Of a stretch of 64,000 nucleotides of DNA, positions 37,105 through 49,361 are shown one piece after another. Numbering within the stretch: the first letter of the stretch is position 1; each line of letters begins with the position of its first letter. The notes beneath the pieces were generated by a model. It searched no databases, was not told the origin of the DNA, and saw only the letters and a list, made by a program, of their open reading frames with translations. Source of the DNA: Marsupella aquatica (taxonomy: Eukaryota; Plantae; Marchantiophyta). The stretch spans positions 12,895,375-12,959,374 of the forward strand of contig OZ316897.1 in NCBI GenBank assembly GCA_973895155.1, read 5' to 3'. Both the position numbers and the translations under genes were made by a program.

Positions 37105-38420
37105 AGTTTTCGGTAGAAAGAGTCGAATCGCTTGGGAGGAATGTAAGACTTGATGGGAGTTTGGTATTCGCTCTCAGTCACGAGATATTTGCTCTGGCAA
37201 AAGCAAACGTTTTATGGGCAGCCCGCTCCTCTTTATATAGGAGACGCTCTAAACCATGGTTAATTTCCCCTTAACCATGGTTAAGTTTCCCCTTTACCTG
37301 GGTTAGTGCGTGGTCGTTCCTGGATTACGCGGTTCGGACCAAGTTACTCGCAGTTTGGACTTTTTCACTGACAGAATGTAAAACCCGATGCACGTATCGC
37401 TCCCGGCATTCCCGCGGCGATGCAATGGAGGAAAGTGGCGTTTCGGAGAGTTTTTTCCAATTTTATTGGTCATTGCATTGCCTTAGAAAAAAAATGGGAT
37501 TGGGCTAAACGAGAACTCCGACACACTTCTCGGTCGGTCCGAAATCGTGTTGTAGGCTCCCAGTTTACTTCTAGACACTGAGAAATAGCTTCTAAAAGGC
37601 CATCAAATAGAGGGAAAATGCTTCCAAATGGATTTTGACCGACAATAGTATAAGATGAAAAGGTTTGGTTTTCTAAAAGATAGGAGCTCAATTATTTTAG
37701 ACCTCCTTCAGGGCTTACAATGAGAATTTCTCGAAATATCGTAAACACAAACGTAGAGTCCACAAACCTTGAAAAGAACAACAGAAAGAGATCAGAGCAG
37801 AAATGTAGAGCCAAAGAGAGGGAGAGGGAGAGGGAGAGAGAGGCAAAGGGAGAAACGAGCGAGCAATGAAACGAAATGAGAAGAATGACCCGCTGGAGAC
37901 CAAAGAGAAGCAATATATAAAACCCTGACAGACAAAAAGGCCAATAAGACGGCTTCATTGAACTTGTGTCACGGCTAAACTCACGGCAGGGTTGAAGTAC
38001 AGATAACAATAATGACAACACGTGTGACCGTAATAATGGCTGTACGCATCCAGCAGGTTGCGTGGCAGCTTGTCTGAGCCTGCATGAGCCCGAGCACGCT
38101 TGGCACGGCCAAGGCCGACCCCCGAGGGGCTTATAGTGGCTTCAAGGGTTTTGAAGTCCCCATTTTCACATTCGCCTCCTCGCCTCTTCGCCTCCTCGTG
38201 TCCCTTGCCTCCTTGCCTCTAGATTGTTTTGCGCTCTTGCCTCGAGATCCTTGTATTACCCTCGAGATTGCAGAGGGTCAAGATTAGGTTTTCCTCGAGA
38301 TTTTATAGTGTCAAGATTTTGTGTTTAAGCTAGAGCTTCGATAGGGTCGAGATATTCTGTTTAGGCTCGAGATTTGTTTTTAAGTTCTCAGCCCGTAGTA
38401 CGTTCCTTTCTTCACCAGCC

Positions 38421-41400
38421 ATGTCGACTGTTGTAGATTTCTCCAAGGAGGACTTCGCTGAGTACAACCTTGCAACCGTTGGCAAAGAGCTTCAGACCCA
38501 TCTAGACTCCGCGCATCAGATCCATCGCACCATTAAACGTAATTCATCATCTTTGTTCTGTTCAGGTTTAACTCGAGATCGTCTCGAGCTTCAATTGGTC
38601 CACTTGTTTCTGGATTCCTTGGATGCAGTTGAGGCTCGAGATCATCTCGAGCCTATTGATGTTTTCTGCAATACTTTGCTTCAAAAGTTGTGATCTATCA
38701 ATTGATTTTTCATTTGATGTAAGTGGCATGAGGCTCGAGATCGTCTTGAGCCAATATGCAATTCCTGCATGTCACCTAGTGAGATTTCTTCAAGTTGGAA
38801 ACCCTTATCCTTCAAAAGTGAAACATCATATCCAAAAAATCTAAAATTTCCTTCCTCCAGGGACTTCTGTACCCTCCAACTTGTTTTGATTATTGACATC
38901 CGAACGGGTTTGTGGGTATCAGAAGTCAATGGAGAAAGTGGATTTTAATCTTTGATTGAATAAGATGTTCATTGTTGAATATGATATTCGGATCACTCGT
39001 TTGACATGTTAGGCTCGAGATCGTCTCGAGCCAAATATATCCCTCACCATCTTCCTTTATGGTCATTCGTATCCCTTGGCCAATTTCTTCCAGTTGGAAG
39101 GACTCCATGTCGTCAATTACTAATATCCTTTTCATTGTGATCCAAGCTTGCCTTTTGGACCACTTTCTTAGTCCTCCAACTCGTTTGTGAAGATGACAAA
39201 CCACTGAGTTAGAGGGTTTTGAATGTGGTCGAATAGGTGACATTGGATCATTCTTGAAAATGTTGTTCGTTAAATTTGACTGGTTCATGATATGCAATGG
39301 AATAAAACCTCAACTGATATATATGAGGATCGAGATCTTTTAAACAGATGGTGGATCGAGATCATCTCGAGCCTATTGTATTTCCTAACTATTGTGTTAT
39401 CTTTTTAGATTTCTTGGGTTTGAAATCTCTTTTTAAATTCCACGGATGAAATGGCATTGGAACATGTCAGACTATTAAACTTAAAAGGAAGATCGAGATC
39501 ATCTCGAGCCACCTATTTGTTTCTTGGTTTTGCAGTACATGTTTCTGACAGTTGCTACATTTTGGCTGTACCAGGTGCGAAATTGGGATCGCCCAATTTG
39601 GTAGTCGAAGATGAACATGCAATCGAGGTTTCCTACCCTGGACAGGGTTTATTTGGATTCTGTTGGGCCATTGAGCTTGCTGAAACTGAAGACATGGAAG
39701 GAACTATTATTTGTGTGAAGACGAGGTCTCCATCAGTCGATCCTCTAGTGTGCAGCCTTCTAGGGCCTATTGTTTCTATTGTGACGAGTAACGGTAAGGA
39801 CATGGTTTTGACGGTGGAGAACCACGAGATAGGGAAGTGGGCTCTAATTAGACTTCACGCCAAAAACTACTCTTGCAATCTTAACATTGAACGTGCAGCC
39901 AGGAAACAACTGAGCGTGATATCAATGGGGTTCTTCCCCGAGGGTTTTACTACAAGTAATTTGCTAGAAGATACTCCTATATCTGGAGCGGACATAATTT
40001 TTGGATTCCTTTACTGTCGAAAGTATGGGTTTGATCATGATGATGCATTCACGACTCCTTTCACGTGGAAGGTTTTGAGACTAATGTCGGAATCCAAATT
40101 GGGGGAGTTTGAATCCATATCCCCTGATTTTGTGTTTGGAGCCGGAGAATTTGACGAGGATGCTTATAAAAAGTGGGTGTTGTCTCATCGGAGACAAACA
40201 GGTAAATTGAAATCTGTAGCTGCAGGAGACAAGATGTCAGGTTTGGACAAAAAGGAAGCAAAGGTGTCTCAAAAGAGGAAGAGGGTTGAGAAACCCGAAA
40301 GCAAAGCGAAGAAGGCTCCACCTCAAAAAAAGTCCGCGCCGCCCAAAGAAGATCTTATTCCGGCATCTTCCTCGGGTGTGAATGCACATACCGATGATGA
40401 TGGCACTCCAGGAGATGCTCCGGGAGAAAAGAGCGTTAAGGAAGGAGCCAAAGTTCTTAAGGAGATTGAGGAGTATTACACATTTGGCATGAATGAAACT
40501 TTTGACATTCCTGTCACTAGTATAGATTCACCGTCTGCAGTTTTGGTATATAGGATGTTCAATAAAGACCATGCCATGGAGGTCGCAAAATCCATGGTTA
40601 GAAACCCTGGAATGGTACCAGCTGTGGCGGATTTAATTCCGTATTCAAGAGAGAGTTCGCAGTTGCTCCATTATGAGAATACTGCTGAGGATCGAAAGGA
40701 GTTCGAGTGGGGTGTTAAGAATAAGAAGGTGCAGTTCCTTGCAATCAGTGGACAACACTCGGCAAAGGCAGCTGTTTGGATCATAGGTTGGGCTAAGAGC
40801 GATGCAAAGTTGAAGGAGGTCGCGAAGAGTCTGCAATATCGAAAGTCACGAATTCTTTCGGACAGAACTCCAAGAACAATACTTGCTCAACACTCACAAA
40901 GGGCAAATGCTGTTAATAAGACCATGGAGTATGAGTCCTGTTTTCTTGATACTATGGTCCATGCCCGTCGATAGTTTGACGAGTGTGGCCGTCCTGAGAG
41001 ACCCGTGATTGGGTCCAATAGACTAACGGATCATCAAAAGTTCCAGGTAAATTCAAACTCAAATCCACTTCTAGCTCGAGATCATATCGAGCCCCGAGGT
41101 CAAGTTTCTGTATTTGATTTATCTTCATGTATTCTCCCATAAATTTTACCATAGTTCCTTAATTCTACCTCGAGATCGTCTCGAGCCTCAGATTTTCTTT
41201 GTACTGTTTGGATCAGGATTTTATGGCCCTTGCCAAAATAACGACTGGAAAATCCGATCTGAGGAATATTTTTTGGTTGCTGTTTTCGGATGAGAACCTC
41301 TTCCAAACTTGGAGACAAATGTGCATCGATTGGGTCAAGGGACTTCTTCCGGATGGTCTAGGGGAGTTAGGTTCAAAAATAAATGGGAAATCCCGGACAA

Positions 41401-43465
41401 CAAAAATGATTACGCCGGCATTATTTAGATGCTTTGAAGGAGACCTGAGTAGTGACGATATTCTGAAAGTTTTTACTGCCGTTCAACAACAGAAAGTTTT
41501 ATTGAAGAAAGACCCAGCCAACAAATCTGATGTTCAATCAATGAGTGATATGGCTCATACTTTCAAAGTCATGACCAAGCTGAGGGCAAAAATTGTGGAG
41601 TACTTCATTTTGAAGTATCCGGATCGGTTTGCCAATTCACTCACTTGGTTTGAGCTAACTCAATTTTTGCCTGCATTTATGGATCGTGGTGAGTTGCCGA
41701 AACTTAGACAACTTGCTGGAGAGGTTTGGATTTCCAACCTCCTAAAAAGAAATAGGCCAAAAGACCCATTTCCGCAAAGTCTCATTGTTAGGCTTGAGCA
41801 GATATATTGCAAGGTATTTGGCGGGTTGCCTTCAATGGAGGATACTCCTTATCGCACATTTTTTAGCGATAATTTGATGAGGACAATGAAGCCTGAGATT
41901 GTTGACTCGGTGCAAAGGACGTGCCCACTCTCCATTGTCGATTTTGGTCGTCTTTGACAACGGCAGTGGACAGATACCAAAATTTTTGTTTTGCTGGAGT
42001 ATTGTTTGCAGATGGCGAACTCGACAGAGGTCTTAGTAATCTTTTTTGTCCGTCAAGGCCCATTGATAGGCCAGATTCAGAGTGCCTTTGAAAAGATTCG
42101 TCGTGAGAAGAAAGTCCACACAAAGCTGGAGTACGGGAGCTACTACCGTGATCAGTTGCCAAGGAGGAGGGAGATTTTCTCATTGGAGCCCGAGACTCAA
42201 TCATCTTTGGGGGAATTTGTTGTGAAGAGGAACCAGACTGGTCCCAAATTTTTTTTGATGACTTTTATGCGTTCTGGAACTACAGTGAGAAGTGGGACAG
42301 AGACTTGCCTTTGAAGGCCCCTACTGGGAACAACAAAGACCAATCAAAGGGGAAAGACAAGCTCGATGAAACCACTGTTGATGTCAAAGTTTTGGAGAAG
42401 ATGGCCCCATCTTATGAGATGGTCGGTCGGCGTGGTGGCTTTGTAAATCCGAGAGCAAAGCCTTTGCAAATGACAAAGCGTCTTGTTGATTATTTCTCGT
42501 GCCCAGGTCATACAGTGTTGGATTTCTTCTCTGGAGGACAGACATTGAAAGCTTGTGTCATTCTTGGTCGTGATTGTTTTGTGTATTCGGACACAGCTCA
42601 AGAGATGGAATTCACAGAAGCCTTTGCTCAGCTCCTTCATGACAACAAGCAGGTTTTATATGTGCCACCCAAGGAGCCGTTACCATCTGAGGAAATTACT
42701 GTCGGTCCCCTTGTTGTAATAGAAGAGGCGGCCTTAGACATAGCTCCGGTGGAAGCCAGTGTTTATGAGGAAGTATTTGCGGAGAATTTAGAGCATTGCA
42801 AAATGGAGGGCCCGAAAATCACAAGCTACATGGAAGAGGAGGGTGAAATACTGCCTGAATTTGGAAATGATGCTCGAGATGATCTCGACGTTCCAGGTGT
42901 TCCTTCATCGGGTGGCCTTGGGGATGCACAACATGAACAACAGTCTTCAACCTTGGATGTTGGCTGGGAATCCACCTTGCAGGATGCAATTAGCCAACCA
43001 ATTCCAAGCCCTCCTCAACTGGATGAGATTTTCTCTACTAAGAAAGCTAGTGGCTGCCATACTCCCCCTCAGGACGAGGCAGGTGCATCGTCCTCTCCCT
43101 TGGACCAAATGTTTTGCGCTTCAGAGAATAAGCTTGTTTTCATAGATTCTTCTACTGGAAGCCCCGTAATTCTCCCTTTTGTTAGGAAACCGGGGACTAA
43201 AATTGGTAGAACTGGTTACAAATCACTCAAAGCAAGTGCTACTCATTATGTTTGGACTGATGGACCGTCAAAAGGTCAACAAGTCAGTATAGAGCAGTCT
43301 GAGAAGATTATTCGATCTAGAAAGTATAGGAAGGATAAGTTCAAATTAGTGCCAGTTTGGTCTGAGCCAGCTCTTGTTGAGACCCTTCCTGGAGGGATAA
43401 ATTTGGACATCCAAAACCAACTAGGAGATAACCTTCTAGATGAATTTGGGTCTTTCAGCACGTGA
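38421..43465 (+). pseudogene. Element A ParB/Srx-like + beta-class MTase-fold fusion; exons ~38421-38538, 39536-41046, 41217-43465; stops at 40972 and 41955, frameshift near 42197
   Basis: In-phase GT-AG introns; VYRMFNKDHAMEVAKSM..FLAISGQHSAKA (ParB-like); LSIVDFG at the motif IV position, NPRAKP (X), VLDFFSGG (I), GRDCFVY (II); same domain order as the element B gene. Confidence 0.78.
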
Positions 43466-43519
43466 GGTTGAAACCCAAGTTAGTTTGAACAGTCCTGAAA
43501 TTCAGCCGTCTAAATTATT

Positions 43520-44792
43520 ATGTCTACCTTCACAGAAATAGGCGGGCCCTTACCAGTTGTGGAGTGCGTCGACAATAATCTCCAAAGATGTCCTGAGATT
43601 TCTTCAACTACTGACCTTCAACCAACAATAGGTATGACGTTGACTGTTGTTCATTCACTTGTGATGCTCGAGATTGTCTCGAGCATTCCTTTGTTTTATC
43701 TCCCACAATTCTAACATTGGTGTTCCTTCTTTGCAGGACCCTTGCCTCCACTTCACGGTCCGATCAGACGGAAGCTATTGATTCTTGACCTAAACAAAAT
43801 GTGTTGGGATTCTGTCAAAACGCCAAGTTCCGGACCGCGCCGTAGTGCCACAAGTGTCAAGGGTGTCCACTGGGGGAGACGTGGAGGGTTTAACTTTATG
43901 TATGTTGAGCGACCCCATCTTCACGAGTTCTTAATCGCAGCTTTTTCGTTATTTGATGTTGCCATTTGGACTTGTGCAAGGAAACCCAGGACGGATGAAA
44001 TGATTCATTTGATCTTCAGTCAAGAAGAGCGAGATCAATTCAAGTTTATTCTCACACAAGAAGATACATTCGATACTGGAATCCAGAGGCCTGACATTAC
44101 CGATGGGAAGGCAAATATTCATTTGAAGGATTTGAGGGTGGTTTGGAAACGTTATGGTGGATTATACGATGAAACTAATACACTCCTTCTTGATGACACT
44201 CCAATGAAGGCATTTGCGAATCCAGAGAATTGTGGGTTGTTTCCTTCCTCATTTTCGCATCACTCCACGGATGATACATTCTTTCCAGAAATACTATGGC
44301 CTATGCTCAGGAAATTGTATCATGCCTTCAATCTTCAGCACTACCTTTTTATCAATCATCCAAAGTGGTCTATGATAAATGTTTTAGCGGACAGAGATCA
44401 ACAGGCTACCATTTATGCGTTGTTGACGGAGCGGTGGGGTAGTATGGTATGGGTTCATTCGGTTATCCATAGTCTTGGATGTCACAGCGGACGAAATTCC
44501 TTGGGATGTCAAGAATGAAGTGCAACAATTACCACCAATGGAGGAATTGATGGAGGAGGCGATCAACGACCTTGCAAAGACGTTAATTGGATATCAGTAC
44601 ACAAGACCCTACAGAGACAATCATCGGGGATTTGTTTCGAAAGTCTTGAGGTGTAGGGACCTCACCACGAAGTTCTGGAATAGGAAGCCTCTCGATTTCT
44701 GCAATCGCGATATGAAATATGACCCGTCAGGGTCTAGATTTACTTGCTCAAATGAATTCTGCGGGGTGGAGGAGCATGAGATTTGGGTCTAG
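43520..44792 (+). pseudogene. FCP1/NIF-family (HAD) phosphatase-like cargo gene; intron 43632-43736; frameshift near 44460
   Basis: KLLILDLN, RPHLHEFL, FDVAIWT, KDLRVVW, NTLLLDDTP motifs; DxDxT replaced by DLNKM. Confidence 0.82.
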
Positions 44793-47007
44793 ATTATCTC
44801 GACCCTACACTGAACAGTTACAATATGAGTTGTAGATATACATATTCTTACTCAAAAAAACAGTGAAGCTATGCGTACTATCCATTTGAGTCTAGATGTT
44901 GTTGATCCTCTTTTACTTGTAGATATGTTCTCAGAAAAAGGTTATTTGGGTCTTGACCCTATACAAAGGGAATAGCTAGAGATATAGATTCAACAACGGG
45001 TCAAAATTATGTGGACCCTACATTTGGGTCGAGATAATCTTGACATAGATTTTTACATAGGAATTGATATACATTCAACAACCGGTCAAAACCATCTAGA
45101 GCCTGCATTGGGGCAGACGTGGTCTCGACCCTGTAAAAATAGGTTTTTTTACTTTTATAATACATCACTGGTTTACCTTCCCTGTTTGTGTAACTTGGTT
45201 ATCACGGGTCATTTGAATTTATTATATTGTCTTATTCTATTTTTTCATTGTTTATATTGTATATAATAAGAACACTTTATTGTCTTTTAATTAATAAGTA
45301 TTAATAATTGATAACTGAATTATTTAATTAATAATTTGGGCATTAGAATTGTAATTTTAGACCTCAAAAAGTGTATATTTGGCCACTAAAATATATGCTT
45401 TTGGGGAACAAGTTATAGAACTTTTGGGGGTAAAATAAGAAATTTGAAGGTTAACTTCTGGACTAGAGAAATTCCAGTTTTAATGAATAGGGTGATACTC
45501 CACAACCTTGTCCAAAACTGGCGCTGATCACTTGAGCCTATTCCCCGCTCTTCAACGACAAGAGATGATATCCCCGATTTATCAATGACAGCAGTGCGTT
45601 CCGTCAGAACAATGTTTTCTACGCTAATAGTCGAGGTCAATTGTGCAGTGAATCACTCCCACTTGGGCATGAGTACTGTCAAAAGTTTTATGGATGGCCA
45701 GACAAAAGGTTTTTATTATTTTGTAAAAGCATAAACACTGGTTTTTCCAGGGAAAGGCCTCTACAGAAACCTTAGTCGATTAGATTGAAAAAAAGAGATG
45801 AGGCAGAGAGAACAACATGTTTTCTAAGCGTTGTGATTGATTGGGTGCATCACCTCTATTCCTATATTTAGATTATGAAAGTTTCTCCAAATTTTGGACT
45901 ATTGAGCCCAATCAATCATAAAGCTTGTTTCCAAACACAAAACCCCATTTTAAACACTAAGGGCCTTGGAACACAGTGACATTTATTAGGCTTCATAACC
46001 TTTTGGTTATGAGGCTAATCTTTCCATCTTTTAATACAAAGCCCAGGCCTTGTTTTGGTGGAAGACACCAGTGCTTCTAAAAACTAAACATGGAAATTTC
46101 CTCAGACATAACGCAAGGTATGAAATTATTTTACAAAATTTTAAATACCAAAAGTTGAATCCGGGCACCATTCAAATATCTGCAGTTCTAATTGATGGCA
46201 AGGCACTAGTACATTTTGAGGGGTTTTACCGATTGTATTTCCATCGGACGCCTTCAGGAAATCCGACGCGGAAATCTCACCTGTCCGATACCAAAAGAAT
46301 CGCATTTTGCGATCTAATTTGTATCAGAAAATGACAATCGGAAACCAATTGGAACTACCGATACTACAAAGGTCGGGAGTTCCATCCTCTAAAATGTCAG
46401 GAATTGCTATGTCCAATGCCCGTTTAATCGGATATCTATTTCGCACATTTTCTGTTAACGGAGGCATCCGATTCTAGACCGATAGTATGGGCATGGAAAT
46501 TCCTGATTGTATTGGGATCGCAAATGTCCGATTATTTGGGGAATGGAAATTGAGATTATACTGGCATCGGACTTTGAGATACTTTGGGATGGAAAAGTAC
46601 GATCATTGTGGCATTGGATATGGATCGGTATCTACCGGAAACTATTTGGCAAGCTTGATTGGGCCGGTTTTAAATGGGGGGCTAATTGGGGTGCAATTTA
46701 ACTCTTTAACTGAGTTTTTATTTAGGGTTTAGAGAGGGCATTTAGTTGATGGAAGAGAGACTATGAATTTTGATTGCACACTATGTACCTTGAAACCCGG
46801 GCATGACACGGCGTAACTATATCTTATATACAAAAATGAAATATTCAGGGCAAAAGTACAAAAAATGAAGAACATCTCTATGCATAGTGCCAGCTATGCT
46901 AAAGGCTGGGCATATCAAATGTACATAATGCCCTCCAACTATCCACCTCGCTAGCCTGGTACTAGATGTATATATGTCTACCTAGTCCACTATCCATACA
47001 AGCTATG

Positions 47008-47288
47008 TCATTTCTTCCACTTCTTCACACCGGAACGACTAGGCTGCTCTGCTCTATGAGTCTCTACTGCTGACACACTAGGTAGCACATCATGGTCCTG
47101 GCTACCTGATCTGCCTCCATCGTCATGTGGATGAGGTGCAGAAGCAATCTCTGGTACTCCCCCACCTCCAGATGCGCCTGAACCATGGGAGGGCACTCCT
47201 TCCCCGACACAAGTGTGGAAAGAAGCCCCTCCAGCACCACCACCACTACCCCCCTCAGGCCGAATCTCGCCTCCACCACTATGACTCC
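47008..47288 (-). other. Possible Gly-rich terminal exon of an unidentified spliced gene
   Basis: Acceptor TTTCAG then an open frame ending ..SGVKKWKK-stop; small candidate exons upstream near 48030-48085; no recognisable domain. Confidence 0.3.
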
Positions 47289-49361
47289 TGAAATATGTAC
47301 CAGTGAGGGGTCCAGAAGTGAATGATGCAAAAGTGTGACTGATTCAAGTTTTAAACCACTCACTTGCCAAATTTGATTTATCAATATTTGAGGTGTTGAT
47401 GTTGCTGCATAAGTACCCAACTTAGATAACACTGGTACATCATGAACCACAATTTGGACAACTTTTAAGCAATTATAAACCTTAACTGTTAATCTTTGGT
47501 GACCCATGATCAATTTGCTTTTGGGTTCAAGATGGTCCAATTTATGGGGGAATTGTGGCTGCCATTACTATTTTGTTTGCAACCAATCCTTTTTCAGAAA
47601 AGCTCCATGATGCCCAACTTGTTTGTTGTAGCTAGGTTTGGAGAGTCACATTGAGCTTTGAGGTCTTACAATTGCTCAACAGAAGTTTTTTAAGATTGAA
47701 CCATTTGAAACTTAAGGTTATTCTGGAACATACTCATTGTTGGGATGAAATTAAATGCATCATATAGTTACCTTAAGACATAATTATACAACACTTTTAC
47801 TTAGATGAAACATACCGAGAATATGATGGAATATAATATACAGCATGTTTGAGAGAGCAGTGTCTAGGACAAATATGAAAAGTGAGACTTGTACTTAGAG
47901 ATGATACATCCTCCTTTGGACACTTAGCATAGATCCATTGCTTTGTAGTTTGTCAGGTAATAGAAAGCCAAAAATAATTCAAACCCGTTTTAAGATGAGA
48001 TTGGAAATGTGCAAATTGCACAACTTACCTTTCAGACATTTGACATTTATCCTCTTGAATATTCTAATCAGCATAGGGACTTCTACATATTAAACCACAT
48101 GGACCAACAAAGATAGCTCACATCTCATTAGCTGAGATGTTCCAGGTTGCCATAAAACTATTTGGTGATCTACTACTATGGAACGGATTTTATTTTACTG
48201 ACTGAGACCCCACTGATTCAACCATGGTTAAGATTTTTTGGTTAGTTTTGAACACATTAACTACTAAAGGGGTTTTGAACACATGTGATTGAGGAAAAAA
48301 GGGAAGGTTGACTCCACAACGTTGATCATGGCATTGGTATTATTTTGCTTGTCAAACATGGTCCATCATTTGGTAGGGTGATTGGTGCTGGAATGTGGCA
48401 TAATTGATGTGTTCAAATTTAACCCAGGTGAAAGTTGGTTAAGTCAGTGACATATTATTGACTAAAATAGAATCAGTGGCATTGTAGTCAATATTAAAAT
48501 TTATCTCGGAGTTAGTGTTTTTCCCTAATTGTCATTGGTAATCCTAATTTAAGAGTGGGGCAGGTTTGAATAGAAAATAACACTTATTGTGGTGGGCTTT
48601 TTTGGCCAAGACTATCTCAGGTTGGAATCCCAGAACAAGAACAATTCTCATTTGTCAAGTCTAAGTATCTCCTGATTTGTGTTGACATTGTTAATTGGCA
48701 AGTAGTGTAGTGCTGTTGAGGCTCCGTTCCTTAGCTAAACCCTTTTTTTTCTAGTGATCAATCTAGAGTGCATGATACACACCCTGTTCCCACAGATGAA
48801 CAAGCAACTTCTTTGCTATGTGTGCATAGGAACCCTTTGCTTGAATGAAGTAGTTGTCTTTAAATTGTGACCTCCAAGCAAAATCTCCAAATAGTGTTAT
48901 GCACAAACACAATTATTTAATAGTACCCTAACTATCCAAATAGTGTTATGCACACCCAAAATTAGTGTTACATAATGTTACTTAATGGGTACACTTTTAA
49001 TGTTTGTCCATAGTTAACATTGGTAATGTTGATTGAAGAGTAAATCCAAAAACCTTAAGCTATACAAATAGTGTTACCAAGACTAATTGCTGTGAAAAAT
49101 GGAGGTACCTAGTCTCATATCTCATTATTTTGGTGGAAGGCTGTCGGCATAAATCTAGCCTGGGCCTACGGATTAAATTCAAATTAATCACTGACAAAAT
49201 TAATTCATTTACCAGATTTCTCTCTACAGTCACAGTTTCAATACTGCAACAATGACAGGAACCAATCGTAAGTGCACAACAAAAATCTGCCTGCCCAGCA
49301 TGTTTTAATCAAGGTCACAAGAATTATATGATGCTGGCAGCCTCCCCTAGCAATGCAACCA

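Larger units (their letters stand above)
23601..37551. mobile_element. Element B: 13,951-bp TIR DNA transposon (DUF7869/Sola-like transposase + ParB-MTase + F-box-like cargo) nested in element A
   Basis: TIR AACACGATTTTGGACCGAACGAGAA (23601-23625) vs reverse complement of 37527-37551 AACACGATTTCGGACCGACCGAGAA (23/25); 4-bp TSD GTAG at 23597-23600 and 37552-37555. Confidence 0.92.
19489..45496. mobile_element. Element A: large TIR DNA transposon (DUF7869/Sola-like transposase + ParB-MTase + FCP1-like cargo), ~11.8 kb after removing nested element B and a MITE
   Basis: TIR CAGTCTATTCATTAAAACTGGAA (19491-19513) vs reverse complement of 45472-45494 CACCCTATTCATTAAAACTGGAA (21/23), extendable outward; flanks allow a TSD of ACT (ends ATCA..TGAT), TA or AT; encloses the transposase and all A-type palindromes. 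Confidence 0.85.

Noticed and set aside
46200-46700. CCGAT/ATCGG-rich stretch as transposon subterminal repeats
   Set aside because: No terminus, TIR or TSD could be defined.
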